A stretch of 64,000 nt of DNA. Source: Lama guanicoe. Its lineage: Eukaryota. The stretch is taken from positions 2,857,589 to 2,921,588 of the forward strand of contig MU053994.1 in the NCBI GenBank assembly GCA_013239625.1, in the 5' to 3' direction. The notes beneath the pieces are model-generated. The model saw only the letters and a program-made list of their open reading frames with translations, did not search any database and was not told the origin of the DNA. The translations under genes and the position numbers were made by a program. Every line of letters starts with the position of its first letter. Position 1 is the first letter of the stretch. Positions 40,616-51,519 of this stretch are shown piece by piece.

Positions 40616-40924
40616 TTTGGGTCTTGATTCAAATAAACCATAAGTTAAAAAGCCATTTCTGAGACAATCAGGAATATTTGAACACAGATGATATTAAAAA
40701 ATTAGTGTTCATTTTATTAGATGTGATAGTGGTATTGTGTAGATAATCAGTGGTAATCTGGTAGATACTTAAGTATTTATGGGTGAAATGATATGACTTC
40801 CTTTAACGGCAGGGGAAACATGGAGGGAAATAAACGGCGCAAGAAAGCCGCAGGGCTAATAACTGCTGAAGCCGAGTGATTGATACAGTAGGGCTCATTA
40901 AGTAAGTCTCAATTTATTTTTGTG

Positions 40925-41550
40925 TATGTTATTAAGCTCTTAAGCTTCAAACTCACCCTTCTATACCTTTTGCTTCTGGGGATGGGATTCTGCCATCCAC
41001 ATTTCTGCTTTGCCAACTGCTCCCTGTTAGACTCTGCCTATAGGTGGGTGATGGAGACTGCAGGGCTGGAGGCGGATGATGGAACTTAAACTCCTTTCTG
41101 TTCTTCCTTGTTCCTTCCTGTCAGCTTCCTACTTCTGTCAGCAACCTCCCAGGAACATTTCTTCACCCCCAAACCAGCAGCGCTTTTCCGTGTCTACGGC
41201 TGAATTGCAGTTTTGCAACATTCACAGAACGAGCCTCACCAAACCCCCATCAGAAACACCAAAATGAGGTGAGCAGCACCCTCTCCTCAGAGGTGTGCCT
41301 CCCAGCCCCAAGGAGCCCTTCCTCTAGACTTCTAATTGTCATAATTTCATTCTCTTTCCTTTGTACCCAAGCCCTGGGAGCTGTAGCAGCTTTCTGCTTT
41401 CTGCTCTAAGATACCTCAAAGTTCTCTTAGGTATCTCTAAGATACTATTTGAGTTACAATTTTACGCTTGCTTCACCTGTTTTATATGAAATCCGGTCTG
41501 TTCAAATAACACATGTGGCTTCTGCCTCCTAATTTGTCCCTAACTGAGAG
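40925..41550 (+). mobile_element. ERVL LTR33-like
   Basis: 'ctccctgttagactctgcc...ggagactgcagggctggagg'. Confidence 0.7.
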
Positions 41551-44500
41551 CTATACCAGCTCCCATCAGTCGTTGGCTGAAGGCTGCTTCCGGGGGGATT
41601 CGGTCCCCAGAATTTCCCATGGGCCACAAGGGTGGCAAAGCATCGGGCAGCAGGGCAGGCTCCAGTGACAGGAGAAAGCCCTCAGGCAAAGTAAGCCAGG
41701 AGCCCTCGATTGGAAGTTGGGCCAGTGTGTACTGAAGTGATAAGGGAGAGGGAATAAGGGCGGGAGAAGTGACAATGTTTGCTGCACAGCCAAATGTCCT
41801 TTATGAAAAATTAATTTCTAATTACACAAGCATTCATTATCTTTGAAAGACTCTTGGTCATTCAGCCTAAAGTCCTCTCACTCACCATCCCCCATCGTGA
41901 TTCCCTTGTTGTCCTTTATCCCCAGAGGTAACTACTGTTATTGGTTTTCATTTACCAATGTGTTTTTCTACATATGCTTGCTTATAAAACATATATGGCA
42001 TTATTTTGTAGGTTTTTGTTTTTATTTCATAGTATGCATGTTTTGTTTTGTTTTGTTTGCAATCTGCTTTATTCACGAGATGATTTGTCTTGGAAGTCGT
42101 TCCATCTTATGACACATAGATCCACCTATTTCTTTTGAACTGCTGCATAATATTCTCTAGTGTGCATACGCCATGGCCTATGTCGCTGTTGCTCTATGTT
42201 CACAATTAACACAATTCTCTGATTAATATCCATGTCTCTGTGTCTTTGTACCTGTTTAGGAGTGTCCTTTAGGGTAGACACAGAGTAGTAGAAATGCTGG
42301 ATCAGACAGAATGTGTGTTCCAAAGCTTGCATTAGATTTTAAAAATATGTTCTCCAAAATGGAGTTCCAATTTACAAGCTGTAATATTGTGGTTTATAAT
42401 AAGAAATATATATTTCGTCTTAGTCTTCGTTTCTGGCAGCCTCCTCCAAAATCCTTGGAACTTCCTAAGTGATGAGAGCAACAAAGGTGTCTTTGTTATG
42501 TTAAGAAGGTGACTCCAGGAACTGCACCTAAGGATGGGGGCTGGTTGCCGGTTGCCAGGGGAACCAATAATGTGATTTTAGGGTTGGAACTTTCAGTCCC
42601 ACCTTTTAACCCTGGGGGAGCGGAGGGGAGCTGGAGGTTAAATCAGTTGCCAGTGGCCAATGATTTAATCAATCATGACTAAGTAATGAAGCCTCCTTAA
42701 AAAGCCCAAACCCATCGGGTTCAGAGACCCTCTGGGTTGGTAAGCACGCGGATATCGGGGGAGAGCGGCACGCCTGGAGAGGACGTGGAAGCTCCTCATC
42801 CTTTCCCCACACCTTGCCCTGTGTATCTCTTCCAGCTGGCTATTCGCGAGTTGTATGTATCCTTTTATAGTGAACCGGTAATTTAGTAAGTAAAATGTTT
42901 CTCTGAGTTCTGTGAGCCTCTAGCAAATGAATTGAACCCCAGGAGGGGAATAGTTGAAACGTGGCCAATTGGTTACAAGTCCAGGTAACAATCTGGACTT
43001 TGAGACTAGTGTCTGAAGTTGTGGGGTAGGAGTAAGGGGGAGTTTTGTAGGACGCAATCCTTAACTTGTGGGATCTGATGCTGCCTCCAGGTAGTGTCAG
43101 ATTTGAGTTTATTTGACTTCAATTCTTGGACACTCTGCTGATGTCTGAGAATTGCTTGGTATTGTGTGGCAAGCACTCCCCACCCCACCACCAAAGAACA
43201 CACACATACACATTCGAATCAGGCCCAGGAACCCAAGAGTTAGTGTCAGTGAAGTGGGATTTGCCAGAATGGCCCGGGCTCAGAGAAACTTGTGGTTTGA
43301 GAAGAGAAAGGATGTAAAGGGGCGTGGGTAGGGGGGGTACATATAACTTTATTGTTACAGTATCTGTAAACTGGTTTGGGAAGTCTAGGAATTTGCTATT
43401 CCACTTCTCCTCCGAGGGTCTTATAGATGCTAATAAAGACATTAGGTTGATTAACAAGAGAATGGGAAGACGCTGAGAGGAGAGTCAACTCTTTCTCCCA
43501 GCTAGGTGGAAAATTTTAAACTGTTTTTAAGAAATAAGGTGAATTTAAAATTTTTTTAAATTAATAGGAAGTTATCTGGGAAAAAAAAGAAGGTGAATAA
43601 AGTGAATATTGACGGGTGAAACAAAGAGGAATCAGAAAGGAGAGAGTCACAGGGCTCGTCCCAGCAGGGTGGAAATCTTTAGATGGTTATTAGGAAATAG
43701 GGTGAATAAAACCGACAGTGATGGGGTTAAAACAAAGGTTTAATACAGCACTACCTAAGGTTGGGTGGGCTGAAAGGACCCCTTATTGACCCCCAATAAT
43801 AAAGGGCCCCAAACAAGTCGACTCTATTTCAGTCTGGAGAAATTTAAAAAGCTAGAAAGCAAAAATTGCAATGAGAAACCTGACCAGCAATTGCTTGGGG
43901 GCAGTGCTTAGGCTTATTAATTGAGATAAAGTTGTTTGCAGAAGAGTGAGTAAAATTGTCAGGGAGTGGAGAAGAGAAGTTACCAGTAACTCATTACTGA
44001 GTCCCATGAAGCCATTGGTGAAGCCCTTACTCGGGCTATGGCTGGGCTGAGACAAATGAAGTGGTTGATCGAGTCATGAAAGTTGGATGTTTAAGTTGAC
44101 ATGTAAAGAAGTTGTGTCAGCTGTACCTGAATTTTATGGAAATGGCTATTTTGTCTGGCTGGGGATGTCCCCTACTTAGTGTTGTAAAAATCACAGCCTG
44201 TGGATGAAGCTCCAGTTAGAACATAAGAGTTGATGGGATGAAGGCAGAGGTTTGCAGACTTGGGGTGCTGGAACAGGCTTCACGTGATGCGCTAGTGTCT
44301 CTTTACCTGAGGGTGTCATGGGGACGGACACTGTGTCTGACTGGGAATGTGTCCCCTGCCTGGTATGGTAAAACAGAAGGCATGGAACTCCTGCCGTCAA
44401 GCACTGTTCATTGGTCTTGCTAAATGGGCGTCCGTAAGACTGGCGGAGCCCACACAGTGGAGCAGATGCCGGGGTGCTGGTGGGGACAGATTCCCTGTGC

Positions 44501-44559
44501 AGCGGCCCTTCGTGGAGTGTGGAGTGGGGCTTGTGGCAGGAGCCTGTGAGCCTCCCAGC

Positions 44560-45470
44560 GACCACTGCTGGGACTTTGAACTAGAGTTCCCATTTGAGGG
44601 GTATCGACTCCCTTGCAATCAGACATTAATTGAAGCTGCCCCCTATGACTGAAGGACGTAGTGACCTTGAAACCAGAAATACCCACAATGTCTTGGGTAA
44701 TGTCAGAGAAACACTCCGCTGAGGGTGGCAGTGCCCAGAAGAGTTCCATACAAATGGAAGTGGCTTATACAGGGCCGTGCTGATCCGGGAGTGCGAGGAG
44801 GGGAGAGTCTCGGGCAGGGAGCCTCTCCTCCCCTAGAGCTGACTCTGGAACGGCGGGAGGAGCTGCTGGATTTTGTCGGCACTTGGACACTGTAAACAGT
44901 TCTCCACAGACAAGGAAATCACTCCGGGAAATCACTACGGGAATTGGGGTGCATTAAGGTAGGACATGTCAACCTCCCCATCAGAAGAACCCCCTGCCAG
45001 GTTTGGCAGGTGACTGGAATCAACAAGCAGATGTCCCCGTGCGCTCGCTGGAGGCGGCCCCCTGGGTGCGTGAAGTGAGTGGACCTGGGGCACTGCAGCC
45101 GCGCAGAGACGGGCTGGGTCTAGACACAGTCCTCTCGCTCCCTCTGAGGCACAAAATGCCAATAGGAGCTGTTCTGTCCGCAAGACAGCCGGCGAGTGCA
45201 GAGGGCTGTGTGGCAGATTCCGGTGGGGGGAAGGCCTTGATCACAGCTGGCAAGTGACACTGAAGCTGGAAGCCCCAGGGCTACAGATGGGTGCTGACAG
45301 GCACGGTGCAGACTCTGGCCTGGGTGCTGCTTACCCAGTGGTAGATGCAAGCGCTCAGGCTTGATGGGAAAACCAGGAGAGAAGACAGTGCACCAATTTG
45401 GACAGCTGAGCATTACTTCTTCAGATCAAGGAACACACTTTACCAGCTCATAGTGTCCAAGGATGGACAG
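44560..45470 (+). pseudogene. ERVL pol remnant (connection, RNase H, integrase)
   Basis: Frameshifted peptides VTLKPEIPTMSWVM..SAQKSSI..WKWLIQ, IKVGHVN..GDWNQQAD, WVREVSG..CSVR, SWQV, SSDQGTHFT. Confidence 0.8.
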
Positions 45471-45774
45471 TGAGATATCTTCCTCACGGTACTAGTTTGA
45501 TAGCGAATTGGAAAGGACAGTTGAAACAGTGACTGTCTATAATGGGGAGATGGCAGCCTGAAGGGCTGGCTTACACGCCTTCACAAGTGTGAGCTCACGG
45601 TCAGTGTGAGCATGAGTGGGGCCAAAGGGTTTCCCCACTGGTTAGATTTCGCTGTTTTTCTGGTGGGTCTGGGGCAAAGGGGGTGGGGAAGGTGCTGGTA
45701 TTTTTCCTTCCCCACATCACTTTAGCTTTTTTTTCTCCCTACATGACGCAGTGGTCACAAGACCGGGACTGAAA

Positions 45775-46012
45775 ACAGGGATGATTCCTGAGCACGAAAC
45801 TGTAACTGTGTTTTTAACCTTTGTGTCAGAATTCCTAAGGGCCTGATGGGGCAGGTTGTGCTTTCACCCCATCTGGCAAAATTGGGGCCAACAGGGGAAT
45901 GCAGCTCTATTGCCTGGAGGTAAAGATAGCCCACTAGTTCTGGGCCTGTGTGACCTTATCTGAGTAGATGTGCACCGAGGGGGAGGTGCTTGCTAGACTA
46001 GCATTGCTGCCT
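45775..46012 (+). pseudogene. ERVL dUTPase-like remnant
   Basis: VRIPKGLMGQVVLSPHLAKLG...GEVLARLALLP; located downstream of integrase as in ERVL. Confidence 0.6.
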
Positions 46013-48384
46013 ACAATCCAGACCAGCACTGTGGCCAAATCTAATGTCCCTTCCAAAGGTAGAAAAGTTTGCATATAAATGGAGAGAAGGAAAAATAGTA
46101 GCTGAGGGTGGAAGAATGAATACAGAAATGGATTATGTAATGAGGGCCCTCCAATACTGAGTTAACATTTTAAAAGAGGCTCAGAGCAAGAGATGATACT
46201 GTCTCAGCACAATTATACCAGGTGCTTGGAAGGGTGAAGCCACGTATTGCCAACACCTCTGCTGCTTTTGGAACCTGACAAGATCAAACTGAAGCTTGCA
46301 AAGCTGAGTGGCCTCATCCTGGGAGATGCTTTCATATGCTCTGCTGCTGGACTGGATAGTTACTAATGACTAAGTAGAATTCTAGTAAATGTGCTGTGTC
46401 TTTGACTTTTATGATTGTTCTGCTGTTGAGGGATCCATGTTTAAAGACCAGGGAATAGACTGTGATACTGTGATTTATAAGAAGAAATAGGTATCTTTGG
46501 TCCCTATTTCTGGCAGTTACTAAACCCCTTGGAAACTCCTAAGTGATGAGAGCAACAGAGAGGTGTCTTTGTTGTGTTACTGAGGTGGCATTTTGGACCG
46601 TACCTAAGGATGGGGCTGATTGCCATGGGGACCAGTTTTTGATTGGTTCCACCTCTTAACATGGGGAGGTGAGGAGAGCTGGAAGTTAAATCCATCACCA
46701 ATGGCCAATGGCTTAATCAATCATGCCTATGTAAACACCCAAAAGTACAGGGTTCCGAGAGCTTCTGGGTTGGTGAATACGTGGATATCTGGGGAGGATG
46801 GGGCACCTGGAGAGGGCATGGAAGCTCCTTGTCCTTTCCCCACACTTTGCCGTGTGCATCTCTACCATCTGGCTATTCCTGAGTTGTATCCTTTTATAAT
46901 AAACTGGTGATTTAGGGAGTAAAACGTTTCCCTGAGTTCCATGAGCCACTCCTGCAAGTTAATTGAACCCAAGGAGGAGGTCGTTGGAACCTAGCCAGTT
47001 GATCTGAAGTACAGGTAACAACAAGGACTTGGGCCAGGTGTCTGAACTGAGTTGCCAAGGAGGACATGGTTGGAATCTCCGTTCTATAGCCGGTTTGTCA
47101 GAAGCACAGGTAATAGCCTGGGCTTGTGACTGGCATATTAAATGGGGCTGGGATGGGGGCAGTCGTGTAGGGCTGAACCCTCAACCAGTGAAATCTGATG
47201 CTTTCCCCAAGTAGATGGTGTCAATTGAGCTGACATGAGTGGAATTCTTGGGTACCAGCAAAGTGTCTGAGAATTCCTTGTTTATTTGGGTAAACTGACA
47301 CCCCTCATTGGAAACTGGGTCTCAGAATACCCAGAAGGCAAGAGTACTAGGAGGGGACCAATGCATTTTTTTACTACAGGACTCGCTATGGCTGCCTTAG
47401 CCTACATTTCCCATCAGCACTGCTCTAGGCCCCTTTAGTGGAAGCTAACCCAGTGGGGAGAGAGCTAGCTGGTCGCCCCAACCACCCCGCAAACCACCAG
47501 GCATCTTCCGCACCCTACTGTCCATGCAGCCACCAGGGCAGAACCACTGTAATGCCTCAGGAAACACTAACACCCTCGGGGAGTCTTCAGAGTGGCAGCA
47601 GTGTCTGTGGTGTCCCCAAGAGCAGAGTCTCATAGAGACTATTGGAATGGACTCTTTCCTGAACTTATGTGACAGCCCTTAGCAACTCCTGGAAATAATT
47701 GAGTGCATTCTGGGACACTGAGGTCCTTGCTTGTCCCGGTGGCAGGGCAATTAGGTTACCCATAGCTTTTGTTTTATGCCACCAACAACAGACCTGGTGT
47801 CTGTGGGGGTGGCATCTGTAGGAGAAAAGCTAGACAGTTTCTTTCAATTACTCCTAAGTATACCTGGGGCTGGAATCCATGGTGTACTTGGCCATGTGAC
47901 TATCTGAAAAAACCTTTTTTTTCCAGGCAGAGGAAACAGCAAAGACCACGGATCTGATGTGAAGATGCGCTTATCATGTTCACGGAATGGTAAGGAGGCT
48001 GGCTGGAAGGCAGAGAGTGAGGGTGGCAAGTGGGAAATGTAGTCAGACACGATGATGGGGATTGGAGACTTCATTGGCTTTTCAGATCATTTCTGCCACA
48101 AGGATTGTTTTAAAACCTCCAAACTTTTTCAGACTGGGCTCTTGGTTTCTTTGGCGATTCGATTCCCTCAGAACTATTTGCTTCTAGGCAGTTCCATGTG
48201 CTGTAACCACATCCAAAGTTCTTTCCTAGATATAGGTAATTATTTACCTCCTTCCCCTGCTTCACCCTTTTCAAATGAGTGGTGGCTACCTCGATGCCAT
48301 CTCAAACAACAGGCTCAGATGTGGAACCATCACCCTCAATCTGATTTTTGCTTCAGGGCAGAGTCCTTCTGTTTGAGGAATCTT

Positions 48385-49146
48385 TTTTTTAATTGAGATA
48401 CAGTTTATTTACATTGTTGTGTTAATTTGTGGTGTACAGCAAAGTGATTCAGTTTTATATATGTATATATTTTTTATATTCTTTTTCATTATAGGTTATT
48501 ACAAGCTACTGAATATAGTTCCTTGTGCTATATACAATAGGACTTTGTTGTTTATCTATTTTATATATAGTTGTTAGTATCTGCAAATCCTGAACTCCCA
48601 GTTTATCCCTCTATCCCTTTCCCCTTTGGTAACCATAAGTTTGTTTTCTATGTCTGTGAGTCTGTTTCTGTTCTGTAAATAAGTTCCTTTGTGTCATTTT
48701 TTTAGATTCCACATATAAGTCATATCATATAATATTTGTCTTTCTCTGTCTAGCTTACTTCACTTAGTATGATAGTATGATAATGTCTAGGTCCATCCAT
48801 GTAGCTTCAAATGGCATCATTTCATTCTTTTTTATGGCTGTGTAACATTCCACTGTGTGTGCACATGCACACGTGTGTGTATATACACACCACATCTTCT
48901 TTATCCAGTCATCTGTCAATGGCCATGTAGGTTGTTTTCATGTCTTGGCTATTGTAAATAGTGCTGCTATGAACATTGGGTGCATGTACCTTTCTGAATT
49001 AGAGTTTTCAGGAGTGGGATTGCTGGATCATATGGTAAGTCTATTTTTTAAGGAATCTCTATATTGTTCTCCATAGTGGCTGCACCAAATTACATTCCCA
49101 CCAACAGTGTAGGAGGGTTCCCTTTTCTGCACACCCTCTCCTTAAC
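48385..49146 (-). mobile_element. young L1 3' region
   Basis: Poly-T head; TSD-like tgaggaatctt / tgaggagtctt. Confidence 0.85.
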
Positions 49147-49225
49147 TGAGGAGTCTTAATGCGCCTTTGTGTCAAGTGCTCAAGCAGTCCCTAGGCAGTA
49201 GCCTGGTGGCCGACACTGTTGCAAC

Positions 49226-49879
49226 TGTTAGGCTGGTAAGAGATAATGAGGCCAAGTGCATTTAGATTGTATATTACAGAGACCACATAAGCGAGATCAG
49301 CATGGTGTTCCCTCCCCTCCCCCCGCCCACGTCCCTAGTCCCACAGAGTTTAACACCAAACATGAGGAGCCAAATGACAGACCACCAGAGTGGTAAGCCC
49401 TTCTGCTGGGGAGAAGCCAATTCTAAACCACAGCCAAGCAGTTTTCTAGACAGCCATGGAAGCCGGCGCCTTACCCCAGCGGCACAGTGGGGAAGGTAGA
49501 AAGGGATGCCCTCCCCAGAACCAGGGGGATGGGTGAGAAGCTGCCTTGTGGCAGTTTCCCACAAGATAGAGGGGAGAAGCTGCCTTGTAGCAGCTCCCTG
49601 TCCTTATCTCCCCTTGTTCCAGGAGGAATCACAGAGCCTTCTGCCAAGTCCGGTCAGACTGCAGACAAGCCTTGCTTAGGTGGCCTACACGGAGATGTGC
49701 AAGGTCATCAGCAATTCATGATAGAGCCCACTCCTTACACTTTGTTACAGTCTTGTCTCTTGTTTGGGATACAGAAGCAGGCAGCTTTTCTAACCCTGTA
49801 TCCCCCAGTTTCTTATTTCTTTTCATTTTTGCCCTTGAACCCACCAATTCTTGCCTGAGCTTTTCTCTGTCTTGTAACA
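49226..49879 (-). mobile_element. LTR element (ERVL MER54/MER74-like)
   Basis: TG...CA termini; internal direct repeat gagaagctgccttgt; no TSD seen. Confidence 0.5.
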
Positions 49880-50470
49880 ATATCTTGCTAAACACAGCAA
49901 GTAACTATCAATACCCACTATGAACATTTGCTTTCCATCCTCTTTCCCTAAAGCCATTGGTTCAGGAGGCACTTGGCCTGACTTCTTTCTACTACAAGTG
50001 TTACCTTAATTAAGCATTTTGCTGCCATTTAATAAGACTCTCCATCATTCTGTCCTCTAGTATCAGTTTCCTCATTGCCCACTGGCTCATACACAACAGG
50101 AATTTCTTTATTGCTCATCCTAGAGTACTGGGTGGGTGCACTGGTCACTGGGACTGTTCTCCAGGCAGTCATTCAGAAACCTGGGCTGACAGACTTCGCT
50201 ATTTTCAGCACATGGCTACCAAGGTCATCCTTAAGGGTAAGGTACACAGCCATCTCCTTTGTAGCAAGTTGGATGAGGAGAAAAACATACAGCAGTATGC
50301 TTGGGAGATTTATATGGGCTACCTGAAAGTGGCACATGAAATTTGTTCTCACATTCCATTGCTTATAATTTCATCGCATGGCCATATCTAACTGCAAGGG
50401 AGGCTAGGAAATGTGTCCCCAGGAAGAAGAGGAAAGCATGGATTAGGTGAGAAGCTAGCAATCTCTGTCA
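49880..50470 (-). mobile_element. MaLR internal fragment plus MLT1 LTR
   Basis: 'catggccatatctaactgcaagggaggctaggaaatgt'. Confidence 0.55.
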
Positions 50471-50479
50471 CATGATGCT

Positions 50480-51320
50480 CTGGAATAGCGTATTGGCAGT
50501 GTGGGTGGTGAGAAGTGGCTGGATTCCTGGTTAATACTGAAGGTAGAGACATCAGAATTTGCTGATGGCCTGAATAATTTGGAAGAATAGAGTTCTTTCA
50601 TAAATGGCTATTGAGAACTCAGTTTTCAGCATGTGATTTTTGAGGTGCCTGTGAAACATCACGTGGAAACACTAAATAAGCAGTTGGATATGCAGGTTTA
50701 CAATTCAAAGGAGGGGTCAGGACTGAAAACATAAATTTGGGGGCCCTCAGGACATAGATGGTATTTCGAGCCATCGGGCAACACTAATGGCAAAACTGTA
50801 TGCACAGATAACTGCACAAATTTCATTCATTATAATAAGTACCTCTTTTCACATCTTCACATCTTGGAAATTGGAATGCATCTTACAACACTCAATCCAG
50901 TCTTCAATTATTATGATTGACAGTATTTTCTTTCTTTATTAGTAGCATTTAAAATAATGATGTGTCTTACAATTGATGGTACCTCGGATTCAGTGAAACA
51001 GTATTAATAGTAGTAAAAATGATGATGATAACATTTAGAGCACTTAATATTGTACATCAGATACTGTACTAAGCCCTTTCCATGATTATCTTTATATATA
51101 GTTATAGTGTAGAAATGTTAAGAGCGCAGACACTGGGGCTTGACTGTGGGTTTGGATTCTGGCTCTGAGCTTACTAACCTCATAACCCTGGCCAAATGCT
51201 TAATCTGTTTCCTCATCTCTAAAATGGGATGATAATAGTACGTAAGTTATAGGTTTATTATGAAGAGTAAAGGAGTTGATACACGTAAAGTGGTTAGAAT
51301 AGTGCTTAAGCACACCTACT
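50480..51320. mobile_element. L2 and MIR fragments
   Basis: L2 'tttgaggtgcctgtgaaacatc'; MIR 'ctgtttcctcatctctaaaatgggatgataatagta'. Confidence 0.7.
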
Positions 51321-51519
51321 GAATTATTTGGTAACATTGTTAAAACTATGTGAAAAAGTATGAATGCCAAAGTTCATCAAGCTGTGTACTCTTTAGTGCA
51401 TTTTACCCATGTTACTTATATATTTTTTATCTCGGTAAAAGAGGAAAACAAACCAAATCAAAACAGTTTCGAGAAAAAGAGAGCTGTCTTCTAAGTAAGA
51501 AATATGTGTGCAATGATAT

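Larger units (their letters stand above)
38710..40920 (+). mobile_element. ancient L1MC/ME 3'UTR pieces
   Basis: Recalled L1M 3'UTR motifs; hosts two SINEs. Confidence 0.55.
42380..47332 (+). mobile_element. two-LTR ERVL provirus (MER21-type), defective
   Basis: 5' LTR 42380 to about 43236; PBS-like 43241-43260; gag/pol/IN/dUTPase remnants; PPT about 46443-46460; 3' LTR 46461 to about 47332. Confidence 0.85.
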
